A DNA stretch of 64,000 bases from Amphiplicatus sp. (GTDB lineage Bacteria; Pseudomonadota; Alphaproteobacteria; Caulobacterales; Parvularculaceae): contig JAVJPA010000175.1 in the NCBI GenBank assembly GCA_040216495.1, forward strand, positions 7,333 to 71,332, in the 5' to 3' direction. A model generated the notes under the pieces. That model did no database searches, was not told the DNA's origin, and worked only from the letters and a program-made list of their open reading frames with translations. Below are positions 14,585 to 24,142 of the stretch, piece after piece. Position numbers and translations under genes: made by a program. How positions within the stretch are numbered: position 1 is the stretch's first letter; each line of letters opens with the position of its first letter.

Positions 14585-15589
14585 TTGTCTGATCTTCAAG
14601 GCGCGACAATCCTCGTCACAGGCGCGGCGGGGTTCATCGGGTCCTATGTCGCGCGCGCGCTGATCGACCGCGGCGCGTCGGTGATCGGCGTCGACAATCT
14701 CAACGACTACTACTCACCGGACCTGAAGCGCGCCCGGCTCGCCGGACTCAAGGGGAACGCCCGCTTCGCTTTCCACGAAGGCGATATCGCCGACCACGAG
14801 GCGCTGAAACGGCTGCCCGGCGTTATGGAAGTCGACCATGTGGCGCATCTCGCCGCGCAGGCGGGCGTTCGCTATTCGCTGCAAAACCCGTTCGCCTATG
14901 CGCAGTCGAACCTGGTCGGGCACCTGTCGGTTCTGGAGCTTGTGCGCGCGGCGCCGAAAAAGCCGAAACTGGTCTACGCTTCGTCCAGCTCCGTCTACGG
15001 CGCCAACACGAAGGTTCCATTCGCGGAGACCGATCCCGTCACGCAGCCCGTCTCGCTCTATGCGGCGACGAAGCGCGCCGACGAACTGATGAGCGAGACT
15101 TATGCGCGCCTCTACGGGATCGAGGCGGTCGGCCTCAGGTTCTTCACCGTCTACGGCCCGTGGGGCCGGCCGGACATGGCCTACTGGTCGTTCACGGAGA
15201 ACATACTCGACCGCAAGCCGATCCGCGTCTTCAACAATGGCGATCTGTCGCGCGACTTCACCTGGATCGACGACATCGTGAAAGGCGTCGTCGCCACCAT
15301 CGAAAAACCGATGACAAAGACCGGCGACGTCGCTCACCGCCTCTACAATATCGGCAACAACAAGCCAGTGAAGCTGACGCGCTTCATCGAGATCCTCGAA
15401 AAGGCCTGCGGCGCAGAAGCGATCAAGGAAATGGCGCCGATGCAGCCCGGCGACGTTCATGCGACTTACGCCGATATCGACGCTATCGCCGCCGATTACG
15501 GTTTTGCGCCGACGACAAGCCTTGAAACAGGCATCCCGCTCTTCGTCGACTGGTTCAGACAGTATCGCGCCTCGAAAGGGCAGCCATGA
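14585..15589 (+). CDS. NAD-dependent epimerase (UDP-glucuronate 4-epimerase type)
   Basis: GAAGFIG, HLAAQAGVRYSLQNP, YASSSSVYG, YAATK, LRFFTVYGPWGRPDMA, PMQPGDV; TTG start after AGGAG. Confidence 0.92.
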   Translation: MSDLQGATILVTGAAGFIGSYVARALIDRGASVIGVDNLNDYYSPDLKRARLAGLKGNARFAFHEGDIADHEALKRLPGVMEVDHVAHLAAQAGVRYSLQNPFAYAQSNLVGHLSVLELVRAAPKKPKLVYASSSSVYGANTKVPFAETDPVTQPVSLYAATKRADELMSETYARLYGIEAVGLRFFTVYGPWGRPDMAYWSFTENILDRKPIRVFNNGDLSRDFTWIDDIVKGVVATIEKPMTKTGDVAHRLYNIGNNKPVKLTRFIEILEKACGAEAIKEMAPMQPGDVHATYADIDAIAADYGFAPTTSLETGIPLFVDWFRQYRASKGQP

Positions 15590-16476
15590 CGAAACGGGTT
15601 CTCGGCGTCATCGGAGGATCGGGCGTTTATTCCGTCGACGCGCTCGAAGGGGCCGAACGCCTCGCGCTCGATACGCCATGGGGCGAGCCCTCCGACGTGC
15701 TCGTCCGCGGCCGGATGAACGGGGTTGAGACCGTGTTCCTCGCCCGCCACGGGCAGGGCCATCGCCTGACGCCCTCTTCGATCAACTACCGCGCGAATAT
15801 CGACGCCCTGAAACGCGCCGGGGCGACCGACATCGTCTCGATTTCCGCTTGCGGCTCGTTAAAGGAGGAGCTGGCGCCGGGATGTTTCGTTCTCGTCGAT
15901 CAGTTCATCGACCGCACGACGCGGCGCGAGTCGAGTTTCTTCGGCCCCGGATTCGTCGCCCACGTATCGATGGCGGAGCCTGTCTGCCCCGGCCTGCGCG
16001 CCGCGCTCGGCGCAGCCTGCGCCGAGGCCCGCGTTCCTTACGCGCCGCGCGGAACCTATATCTGCATCGACGGCCCGCAATTTTCCTCGCGCGCCGAATC
16101 CGATCTCTACAGATCCTGGGGCTGCGATGTGATCGGCATGACCAACATGCCGGAAGCCAAGCTCGCCCGCGAGGCGGAGCTTCCTTACGCCAGCGTCGCG
16201 ATGGTGACGGATTACGATTGCTGGCGCGTCGACGAAAAACCGGTCGAGGTCGCCTCGGTGCTCGAGGTGATGCGCGCCAACACGGCGAAGGCGCGCGAGC
16301 TTCTCGATGCGCTGACGAAGATGCTCGGACCGGCGCGCGCGCCCTCGCCTCTCGGCATTGAAACGGTGCTCGATTACGCCATCATCACCGCGCCCGAAGC
16401 GCGCGACCCGGAAATGATGAAAAAGCTCGATGCGGTGGCGGGACGGATTTTAAAGTCGCTAGTGCGTAGTGCGTAG
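15586..16476 (+). CDS. mtnP: S-methyl-5'-thioadenosine phosphorylase
   Basis: GVIGGSG, FLARHG.GH, NYRANIDALK, GPQFSSRAES, GMTNMPEAKLAREAE, MVTDYDCW. Confidence 0.92.
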   Translation: MTKRVLGVIGGSGVYSVDALEGAERLALDTPWGEPSDVLVRGRMNGVETVFLARHGQGHRLTPSSINYRANIDALKRAGATDIVSISACGSLKEELAPGCFVLVDQFIDRTTRRESSFFGPGFVAHVSMAEPVCPGLRAALGAACAEARVPYAPRGTYICIDGPQFSSRAESDLYRSWGCDVIGMTNMPEAKLAREAELPYASVAMVTDYDCWRVDEKPVEVASVLEVMRANTAKARELLDALTKMLGPARAPSPLGIETVLDYAIITAPEARDPEMMKKLDAVAGRILKSLVRSA

Positions 16477-16547
16477 AATGATAAGACAAGCCGGCAAGAA
16501 ATAGCGCAAATCACTCTCTACGAACGACGCACTACTTTCTACGCACC
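16460..16547. repeat. REP-like palindromic element built from TAGTGCG units, copy 1
   Basis: Left arm TAGTGCGTAGTGCGTAGA (16460-16477); right arm TCTACGAACGACGCACTA (16517-16534, 16/18 complementary) plus TCTACGCAC; matches the element at 61159-61226. Confidence 0.8.
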
Positions 16548-16549
16548 CG

Positions 16550-17605
16550 TCACAGCAGATCGTCTCGCCCGCGCTTCTTCAATTCCTCGACGATCTTCTT
16601 CACGTCCTGCGCGCGCGATTTCGGCGCGACGAGCACGGCGTCGCCGGTGGCGACCACGATCATGTCGTCCATGCCGATGACGCCGACGAACGGCCCGTCG
16701 GTTTTGACAAGGCAGCCCTCCGAGTCGATGGCGAACACTTTCTGATCGCCCTCCGCGGTCTCGATGGACGACCACGAGCCGATATCGTTCCAACCCACAT
16801 CGACCGGCCCGACGACCGCGGCGCGGGAGGTTTTCTCCATGACGGCGTAGTCGATAGAATCGGAGGGGCATTCCGAAAAGGCGGCCGGATCGAGATCGAG
16901 GCGCGCGCCGTCCCGCTTCGCTTGCGCCAGCGCTTTCGACGCCGCATCGCGGATCGCTGGCGCATACGCGCCGAGTTCGTCGAGCATCGCGCGCGGGCTG
17001 AACAGGAAGATGCCGGCGTTCCAGTAATGCGCGCCGCCGGCGAGATAGGCTTGCGCGGTCGCGGCGTCAGGCTTTTCACGAAACGCTTTCACGGCGTATA
17101 CGGACGGCCCGAGCGCATCGCCGCGCTCCACATAGCCGTATCCCGTGTGCGCTTCGGTCGGCTTGATGCCGAAAGTGACGATGGAGCCGCCGAGCGCCGC
17201 GTCCGCGCCCTGCGCGACCGCAGCGCGAAAACCCGCCGCATCGGCGATGTGATGGTCGGCCGGCAAGAGGAGAACCGGCGCGCCGGGTTCGTTATCGTTC
17301 GTCCATGCGGCGGCGACCGCGGCGACCGCCGCCGTGTTGCGCGGGCAGGGTTCGGTGACGATGGCGCGCGGGACAATTCCGAGCGCCGCGAGCTGTTCCG
17401 CGATGACGCCCGCGTGGCCCTCCCCGCCGATCACCAGCGGCGGCGCGAAAGAGCCGCCCGCGACGCGCAGCGCGGTTTCCTGAAACAGGGATTTCTCGCC
17501 GGTCAGCGCCAGAAACTGTTTCGGCCGGGCCTTGCGCGACATCGGCCACAGCCGCGTTCCCGCGCCGCCCGACATGATCACCGGCTGGATGCGAATGGAG
17601 GTCAT
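16550..17605 (-). CDS. manC: Mannose-1-phosphate guanylyltransferase (monofunctional, no PMI cupin domain)
   Basis: PVIMSGGAGTRLWPMSR..PKQF, EPCPRNTA, PADHHI, WNAGIFLF, SIDYAVMEK, WNDIGSW. Confidence 0.92.
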   Translation of the reverse strand: MTSIRIQPVIMSGGAGTRLWPMSRKARPKQFLALTGEKSLFQETALRVAGGSFAPPLVIGGEGHAGVIAEQLAALGIVPRAIVTEPCPRNTAAVAAVAAAWTNDNEPGAPVLLLPADHHIADAAGFRAAVAQGADAALGGSIVTFGIKPTEAHTGYGYVERGDALGPSVYAVKAFREKPDAATAQAYLAGGAHYWNAGIFLFSPRAMLDELGAYAPAIRDAASKALAQAKRDGARLDLDPAAFSECPSDSIDYAVMEKTSRAAVVGPVDVGWNDIGSWSSIETAEGDQKVFAIDSEGCLVKTDGPFVGVIGMDDMIVVATGDAVLVAPKSRAQDVKKIVEELKKRGRDDLL

Positions 17606-17778
17606 GCCCCTACTTCTAGCGTAGCGCTGGTTAAAACAAGCCTGCCTCCTTCGCGGCCCGCGCTCTCGCGCCCGCGCATTGCCTTTGACCGCCTCGACCG
17701 GTATGGCACAGGCGCAAAATCAGGGGCGGAAACCCCAGCGATTACGGGCCTCAGTTTGCCGGCCGAAGGAGCCTAGCC

Positions 17779-19083
17779 ATGCGCGTCGCGATGATCGGTA
17801 CTGGCTATGTCGGACTCGTTTCCGGGGCCTGTTTCGCCGATTTCGGCCATGACGTGATCTGCGTCGACAAGGACGCGGGCAAGATCGCGAGACTCGAAGC
17901 CGGGGAGATCCCGATTTTCGAGCCGGGGCTTGAGGAACTGGTCGAGGAAAACGTCAAGGCGGGCCGGCTCGCCTTCACCACCGACCTCGTCCCCGCCATC
18001 GCCAATGCCGACGCCGTGTTCATCGCGGTGGGCACGCCGTCGCGGCGCGGCGACGGGTTCGCGGACCTCTCCTATGTCTATGCGGCCGCCGAAGAGATCG
18101 CGAAGGCGCTGACCGGCTACGCCGTCGTCGTCACCAAGTCGACCGTGCCGGTCGGCACCGGCACGGAGGTCGAGACGATCATCCGCAAGACAAGGCCCGA
18201 TGTCGAAGTGTCCGTCGTCTCCAACCCGGAGTTCTTGCGCGAAGGCGCCGCCATCGAGGATTTCAAGCGCCCGGACCGCGTCGTCGTCGGCGCCGAGGAC
18301 GAGCGCGCCAAGGAAGTCATGCGCGAGCTTTACCGCCCGCTCTATCTCAACGAGACGCCCATCGTCTTCACCAACCGGGCGACGTCGGAGCTCATCAAGT
18401 ACGCCGCCAACGCCTTCCTCGCGACCAAGATCACCTTCATCAACGAGATGGCGGACCTCTGCGAAAAGGTCGGCGCCAACGTCCAGGAAGTCGCCAAGGG
18501 CATCGGCCTCGACGGGCGCATCGGCTCCAAATTCCTTCATGCCGGCCCGGGTTATGGCGGCTCGTGCTTTCCCAAGGACACGCTCGCCCTCGTCAAGACC
18601 GCCGAGAGCGTCGGCGCCCCGACCCGCATCGTCGAGGCGGTGGTCGGGATCAACGACCGGCGCAAGAAGGCGATGGCCGCCCGCGTCATCGAGGCCTGCG
18701 GCGGATCGGTGGCCGGCAAGACCGTCGCCGTGCTCGGCCTCACCTTCAAACCCAACACTGACGACATGCGCGACTCGCCTTCGCTCGACATTATCCCGGC
18801 CCTCCAGGCCGCCGGGGCGGCGGTGCGGGCTTTCGACCCGGAAGGGGCCGACGAGGCGAAAAAGCTCCTCAAGGGCGTGACCTTCTGCGACGGCGTCTAT
18901 GAAACCCTCGACGGGGCGGACGCCGTGACCATCATCACCGAATGGGACGAATTCCGCGCTCTCGATCTCGACCGGGTCAAATCCCTCCTCAAAACCCCGA
19001 TTATGGTGGACCTCCGGAACATCTACCGTCCGGCCCAGATGGCCGACCGGGGCTTCAGCTATTACTCGATCGGAAGGCCCTGA
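17779..19083 (+). CDS. ugd: UDP-glucose 6-dehydrogenase
   Basis: IGTGYVGL, AVGTP, KSTVPVGT, SNPEFLREG, KYAANAFLATKI, GYGGSCFPKD, FKPNTDDMRDSP. Confidence 0.96.
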   Translation: MRVAMIGTGYVGLVSGACFADFGHDVICVDKDAGKIARLEAGEIPIFEPGLEELVEENVKAGRLAFTTDLVPAIANADAVFIAVGTPSRRGDGFADLSYVYAAAEEIAKALTGYAVVVTKSTVPVGTGTEVETIIRKTRPDVEVSVVSNPEFLREGAAIEDFKRPDRVVVGAEDERAKEVMRELYRPLYLNETPIVFTNRATSELIKYAANAFLATKITFINEMADLCEKVGANVQEVAKGIGLDGRIGSKFLHAGPGYGGSCFPKDTLALVKTAESVGAPTRIVEAVVGINDRRKKAMAARVIEACGGSVAGKTVAVLGLTFKPNTDDMRDSPSLDIIPALQAAGAAVRAFDPEGADEAKKLLKGVTFCDGVYETLDGADAVTIITEWDEFRALDLDRVKSLLKTPIMVDLRNIYRPAQMADRGFSYYSIGRP

Positions 19084-19097
19084 CTTTGACGGGACGC

Positions 19098-19126
19098 TTG
19101 ACGGGATCAGGCCCCCGGGCTAGGGA
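19098..19126 (+). promoter_or_regulatory. Sigma70-type promoter of rplU-rpmA
   Basis: TTGACG-N17-TAGGGA, about 85 nt upstream of rplU. Confidence 0.55.
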
Positions 19127-19210
19127 GCGCCTCCATTTTCACAACCGGACGAAAGAAACCGGGGCCAAAAAGGACGCTAGGCGCAAACAGTGCGCCAACG
19201 GAGTCGGAGC

Positions 19211-19873
19211 ATGTACGCAGTCGTGAAGACTGGCGGTAAGCAATACCGCGTTTCCAAAGACGATCTTATCCGCATCGAGCGCCTTGAGGGCGACGCCGGA
19301 GAGATCGTGACCCTCGGCGAAGTCTTGATGATTGGCGACGGCGCGGACGTCACGGTCGGCGCGCCCTTCATCGACGGCGCCTCGGTCGCCGGCGAGATCG
19401 TCGAGCAGACCCGCGGCGACAAAATCATCGTCTTCAAGAAGCGCCGCCGGCAGAACTATCGCCGCAAGGCCGGCCATCGCCAGCACCTGACGGTCCTCAA
19501 GGTGACGGACATCCTCACCGACGGCGCCAAGCCCGCGAAGAAAGCCGCCGCCAAAAAGCCGGCGAAAGCCGAAGCCAAGGCGGACGCCAAGGCCGAAGCC
19601 CCGAAGGCGAAAGAGCCGGCCGCGGATTTCATCGATGACGTGTCGCTGATCGGCGGCGTCGGTCCGGTGCTGAAGGAAAAGCTCGAAAGCTACGGGATCA
19701 CTTCCCTGAAGCAGATCGCCAAATTGAGCGAGAAAGCCCTCGCCAAGATGGACGAGGAGCTTGAACTGCACGGCCGCGCAACACGCGACGAGTGGGTCGA
19801 GCAGGCCAAAGAGCTCATCGCCGGCGAGCCGCCGCGCGCCAAGAGCGACCGCGCCCGCACGGAAGAAGAATAG
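19211..19873 (+). CDS. rplU: 50S ribosomal protein L21 with Ala/Lys-rich linker and C-terminal HhH-like domain
   Basis: MYAVVKTGGKQYRV, KIIVFKKRRRQNYRRKAGHRQ; extension DDVSLIGGVGP...GITSLKQIA...WVEQAKEL. Confidence 0.96.
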   Translation: MYAVVKTGGKQYRVSKDDLIRIERLEGDAGEIVTLGEVLMIGDGADVTVGAPFIDGASVAGEIVEQTRGDKIIVFKKRRRQNYRRKAGHRQHLTVLKVTDILTDGAKPAKKAAAKKPAKAEAKADAKAEAPKAKEPAADFIDDVSLIGGVGPVLKEKLESYGITSLKQIAKLSEKALAKMDEELELHGRATRDEWVEQAKELIAGEPPRAKSDRARTEEE

Positions 19874-19901
19874 TCAGTACACGAATTAGAGGAGATTTCT
19901 C

Positions 19902-20159
19902 ATGGCGCACAAGAAAGCTGGCGGCTCATCGCGCAACGGACGCGACTCCGAAGGCCGCCGCCTCGGCGTTAAGAAGTTCGGCGACCAGACGGTCGTCCCC
20001 GGCAACATCCTCGTGCGCCAGCGCGGCACGAAGTTCCATCCTGGCGACAATGTCGGCATGGGCAAGGACCACACGCTCTTCGCCCTTATCGAAGGCCGCG
20101 TGAAATACGCCGTGAAAGCCAAAGGCCGCAACGTCGTCTCGATCACGCCGGAAGGCTGA
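19902..20159 (+). CDS. rpmA: 50S ribosomal protein L27
   Basis: [27 protein letters not shown]. Confidence 0.98.
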   Translation: MAHKKAGGSSRNGRDSEGRRLGVKKFGDQTVVPGNILVRQRGTKFHPGDNVGMGKDHTLFALIEGRVKYAVKAKGRNVVSITPEG

Positions 20160-20181
20160 TCGGTTCAATGACCGGATTTTG

Positions 20182-20212
20182 AAGGAGGAAAGCGCAAGCT
20201 TTCCTCCTTTTT
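20182..20212 (+). terminator. Intrinsic terminator after rpmA (convergent with nadE)
   Basis: AAGGAGGAAAGC-GCAA-GCTTTCCTCCTT followed by TTT. Confidence 0.85.
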
Positions 20213-20227
20213 CTTTGCGCGGAGAAA

Positions 20228-22312
20228 TCAGTCGGCTTCGTCCAGCTCGTCAAGCCATGCATTGGCGTTGCCGTCGCTCGGCGCGCGCCAGTCGCCGCGC
20301 GGGCTAAGCGCGCCGCCGGAGGAAATCTTCGGCCCGTTGGGCATCGCCGAACGCTTGAACTGGCTGGTCGTGAAAAAGCGGTAGAGAAAAACCTTCAGCC
20401 ATTTGCGAATCTCAGCGCGCGAATACTGAACCCTGTCCGCCTCGTCGATGTTCGCCGGCCAAGCCCCGCGCTTTTTATCGCTCCACGCATGTTCGGCGAG
20501 AAAGGCGATCTTCGAGGGTTTCAGCCCGTAGCGCGTCAGATGATAAAGCGCGAAATCGGCGAGCGCGTACGGGCCGATCTTTTCTTCCGTGCTCTGAATG
20601 GCGCCGTCTTTTCCTGCGGGCACAAGCTCTGGCGAGATTTCAGTCTTAAGGATCGCAAGCAAAGTCTTCGCCGTCGCCTTGTCGTAATCGCCGTTTGAAA
20701 CGCACCAGCGGATCAGATGCTGGATCAGCGTCTTCGGCACCGAGGCGTTGACGTTGTAATGCGACATGTGATCGCCGACGCCGTAGGTCTGCCACCCGAG
20801 CGCGGACTCGGAAAGGTCGCCGGTGCCGATCACCATCCCGCCTTCATGGTTGGCGATTCGGAAGAGATAATCGGTGCGCAGGCCCGCCTGCACGTTCTCG
20901 AAGGTCACGTCATAGACGGGCTTATCCTTGGCGTAAGGATGGCCGATGTCGGCGAGCATCTGTTTCGCTGCTGGGCGGATATCGAGCTCGCGCCCGTCGA
21001 CGCCGAGCCCTTTCATCAGCGCCAGCGCGTTGGCTTTCGTTCCCGCGCTCGTCGCAAAGCCGGGCATGGTCAGCGCGATGACGTTCTTGCGCGGCAGACC
21101 CATCAGGTCCACAGCCCGCGCCGCCACCAGCAGCGCCTGCGTCGAATCCAGTCCGCCTGAAATTCCAATGACGCACTTCTCGATCTTCGCCGCCTGCATC
21201 CGCGTCATCAGGCCGTGCACCTGAATGTTATAGGCTTCGTAGCAGTCCTGATCGAGCCGCGCCGGCTCGTCCGGGACAAACGGAAAACGCGGCACGGCGC
21301 GCTCCAGCGGAACGGCGCCCACAAGCGGCGGCTTCAGGTCGAACTCGACAGTGCGGAAAGACGCGACCTTGTCGCGGCAACGCGCGGCGGCGTCACGGAA
21401 GGTGCCGGTGCGCAAGCGCTCAAGCCGCAAGCGGTCCAGATCGACATCGGCGGTGATCATCGCGCTATCCGTCGCAAAGCGGTCGCTCTCGGCGAGTTTC
21501 TCGCCAAGCTCGAACGCCGCGAGATGCCCGTCCCATGTCACGTCCGTCGTCGACTCGCCGTGCCCCGCGCCCGAGTAAAGATACGCCGCCGCGCAACGCC
21601 GCGATTGCGCGTCGCAGAGAAGATTGCGTTCCTCCGCCTTGCCGATGGTGATGTTCGACGCGGAAAGATTGCAGAGGATCGTCGCGCCCGCGAAGGCGCC
21701 GAATGTCGAGGGCGGGATCGGCGCCCACATGTCTTCGCAGATTTCGACGTGAAAAATGAAGTCAGCGAGGTCGCTCGCGCGGAAGATCAGGTCGGCGCCG
21801 AACGGAACATCATCGCCGCAGAGGCTTACCGTGCGCTCGACGGCTTCGTCGCCATGGCCGAAATGGCGCTTCTCGTAATATTCGCGGTAATTCGGCAGGT
21901 AGGTTTTCGGCGTGACGCCGAGAATGCGCCCGCGATGGATGACGACTGCACAATTATAAAGCGCCGGTCCGACCGCGAGCGGCGCGCCGACGATCAGCAC
22001 GGGGAGGAGTTTCTCGCTCGCCGCGCGGATGGTCTCGATCGCGTCCTGAACGCTTAAAAGCAGCGCATCCTGCAACAGGAGATCGTCGATGGCGTAAGAT
22101 GAAACCCCAAGCTCTGAAAACAGCGCGAGCGCCGCGCGGCGCTTGTCGGCCTCGCGTGCAAGTTTAATGATTTCGGCGGCGTTGGCGGCTGGATCCCCCG
22201 GCGTCTGTTTGGGCGAACAGATCGCAAGGCGCGCCATACCGTGCTTGTAGAGATTGCCCGCGCTTGAGGCTGGCTTTCTGGCTTTTGAAGAAGGGCGCCG
22301 CGACGTCATCAA
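20228..22312 (-). CDS. nadE: Glutamine-dependent NAD+ synthetase
   Basis: Nitrilase domain (PKTYLPNYREYYEKRHF, EICEDMW) fused to the synthetase (GISGGLDST, ENVQAGLR, GTGDLSE, SQFKRSAMPNGPK). Confidence 0.95.
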   Translation of the reverse strand: MMTSRRPSSKARKPASSAGNLYKHGMARLAICSPKQTPGDPAANAAEIIKLAREADKRRAALALFSELGVSSYAIDDLLLQDALLLSVQDAIETIRAASEKLLPVLIVGAPLAVGPALYNCAVVIHRGRILGVTPKTYLPNYREYYEKRHFGHGDEAVERTVSLCGDDVPFGADLIFRASDLADFIFHVEICEDMWAPIPPSTFGAFAGATILCNLSASNITIGKAEERNLLCDAQSRRCAAAYLYSGAGHGESTTDVTWDGHLAAFELGEKLAESDRFATDSAMITADVDLDRLRLERLRTGTFRDAAARCRDKVASFRTVEFDLKPPLVGAVPLERAVPRFPFVPDEPARLDQDCYEAYNIQVHGLMTRMQAAKIEKCVIGISGGLDSTQALLVAARAVDLMGLPRKNVIALTMPGFATSAGTKANALALMKGLGVDGRELDIRPAAKQMLADIGHPYAKDKPVYDVTFENVQAGLRTDYLFRIANHEGGMVIGTGDLSESALGWQTYGVGDHMSHYNVNASVPKTLIQHLIRWCVSNGDYDKATAKTLLAILKTEISPELVPAGKDGAIQSTEEKIGPYALADFALYHLTRYGLKPSKIAFLAEHAWSDKKRGAWPANIDEADRVQYSRAEIRKWLKVFLYRFFTTSQFKRSAMPNGPKISSGGALSPRGDWRAPSDGNANAWLDELDEAD

Positions 22313-22388
22313 CGTGGTTCTTTCAGCGGGAGGCTCGGCAAGGAGATAGGCGGCCCCGCCCTTTCGTTCAACAGGTTCGTACCGTCCG

Positions 22389-23261
22389 TTACGCGCTCTC
22401 GGCGGCGAGGCGGGCGAGATATTGTCCGTAGCCGGTCTTAAGAAGGGGTTTCGCCAGCGCCTCGAGCTGCGCCTTGTCGATATAGCCGAGGCGGAAGGAA
22501 ATCTCTTCGAGACAGGCGATCTTCAGCCCCTGCCGGTCCTCGATTGTCTGGACGAAATGCGCGGCTTCAAGGAGCGACTGGTGCGTGCCCGTGTCGAGCC
22601 AGGCGTAACCGCGGCCCATCACATGCGCGCGCAGGGCCTTGTCGTGCATGTACATCTCGTTGAGCGTCGTGATTTCAAGCTCTCCGCGCGCGGAGGGCTT
22701 CACGCGTTTGGCGCGTTCGACGACGGTCTCGTCATAGAAATAAAGCCCCGTCGCCGCATAACGCGATTTCGGTTTGGCGGGCTTCTCTTCGATGGAGAGC
22801 ACTTCGCCGTCCTTGCCGAACTCGATAACGCCGTAGCGCTCGGGGTCGGCGACCTGATAGCCGAAAATCTCCGCGCCGCTTTTCAGCTTCGCGGCTTTCT
22901 GGAGCATCTCGGCGAGGCCGTGGCCGAAGAAAATGTTGTCGCCGAGAACGAGCGCGCACTTGTCGCCGCCGATGAATTCCTCGCCGATGATGAAGGCCTG
23001 CGCGAGCCCGTCCGGCGACGGCTGCACGGCGTAGGAAATGTTGACGCCAAGCTCTGCGCCATCGCCCAGCAAGCGCTCAAACGAGGCGCGGTCTTCCGGC
23101 GTCGTTATGATGAGAATGTCGCGAATGCCCGCGAGCATCAGCGCGCTTAGCGGATAGTAGATCATCGGCTTGTCGTAGATCGGCAGGAGCTGCTTCGACA
23201 CGCCGCGCGTGATCGGATGCAGCCGCGTGCCGGACCCGCCGGCGAGAACAATGCCCTTCAT
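22389..23261 (-). CDS. rfbA: Glucose-1-phosphate thymidylyltransferase
   Basis: [55 protein letters not shown]. Confidence 0.97.
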   Translation of the reverse strand: MKGIVLAGGSGTRLHPITRGVSKQLLPIYDKPMIYYPLSALMLAGIRDILIITTPEDRASFERLLGDGAELGVNISYAVQPSPDGLAQAFIIGEEFIGGDKCALVLGDNIFFGHGLAEMLQKAAKLKSGAEIFGYQVADPERYGVIEFGKDGEVLSIEEKPAKPKSRYAATGLYFYDETVVERAKRVKPSARGELEITTLNEMYMHDKALRAHVMGRGYAWLDTGTHQSLLEAAHFVQTIEDRQGLKIACLEEISFRLGYIDKAQLEALAKPLLKTGYGQYLARLAAESA

Positions 23262-23263
23262 CG

Positions 23264-24139
23264 TCAATTCTCCCCCGTCGGCGCGGACAATTCGCGCACG
23301 ACTTCTTTCAGTTCGTCGCGCCATGACGGCGCTTTCATCCCGAACGCCTGCTCGAACTTGCGCGTATCGAGCCCGGAATAAGCGGGGCGTCTCGCGGGCG
23401 TCGGATAATCCTTCGTTTCGATATGCTCAACCGGCGTCGAAAGCTTCGCGGCGCCCATGATCGCCTCGGCGAACCCCGCCCACGAGGTCTCTTCATCGCC
23501 GGCGAAATGATAGACGCCTGCCTTGCCCGCATCGGCGCGCAACGCCTTCGCGGCGACAAGCGCGGCGTCAGCGGCGCAGGACGCCGGCGTCGGCTTGCCG
23601 CGCTGGTCGGCGACGACGCGCAAGGACGGGCGTTCGGCGCCGACCCGCAGCATCGTCTTCACGAAGTTCGCGCCATAAGCGGAGAACACCCATGAAAGCC
23701 GCATGATGGCGAAGACGCCGCCCGCTTCTTTAACGCGGCGCTCTCCTTCAAGCTTCGTTTCGCCGTAAGCGCCGAGCGGCGCGACGGGATCTTCCTCGCG
23801 ATAGAGCCGCGAGCCGGCGCCGTCGAACACATAGTCCGTAGAGAAATGGATGAACGGAACGCCGAGCGCTGCGCAGGCTGCGGCCATCTCGCCCGGCGCA
23901 GCGCCATTCAACCGCATGGCGGTATCCCGTTCGCTCTCGGCCTTGTCGACGGCGGTGTAGGCGCTGGCGTTGATGACGGCGTCCGGCTTGGTCTTGTCGA
24001 TGGCGGCCTCCGCGGCGCCAGACTGCATCAGGTCGCAAGCGTCACGGCCCAATGCGATAATGTCGAACCCCGCCTCTGGCCCGCGGCGGCGCAGTTCGCG
24101 CGCAACCTGTCCATTCGAGCCGAAGACGAGAACGCGCAT
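23264..24139 (-). CDS. rfbD: dTDP-4-dehydrorhamnose reductase
   Basis: [53 protein letters not shown]. Confidence 0.94.
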   Translation of the reverse strand: MRVLVFGSNGQVARELRRRGPEAGFDIIALGRDACDLMQSGAAEAAIDKTKPDAVINASAYTAVDKAESERDTAMRLNGAAPGEMAAACAALGVPFIHFSTDYVFDGAGSRLYREEDPVAPLGAYGETKLEGERRVKEAGGVFAIMRLSWVFSAYGANFVKTMLRVGAERPSLRVVADQRGKPTPASCAADAALVAAKALRADAGKAGVYHFAGDEETSWAGFAEAIMGAAKLSTPVEHIETKDYPTPARRPAYSGLDTRKFEQAFGMKAPSWRDELKEVVRELSAPTGEN

Positions 24140-24142
24140 CGA

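Noticed and set aside
12481-14592. 703-aa plus-strand ORF
   Set aside because: Antisense to the PEP-CTERM-like and GT2 genes and crosses their regulatory spacer; no domain signal.
16460-16547. CRISPR array or tRNA
   Set aside because: Only one inverted pair per site, no regular repeat-spacer series, no cas genes and no cloverleaf.
19086-19106. Direct repeat TTGACGGGA x2 as a separate element
   Set aside because: The second copy is the rplU -35 box and the first is a 9-nt echo; too short to support an independent feature.
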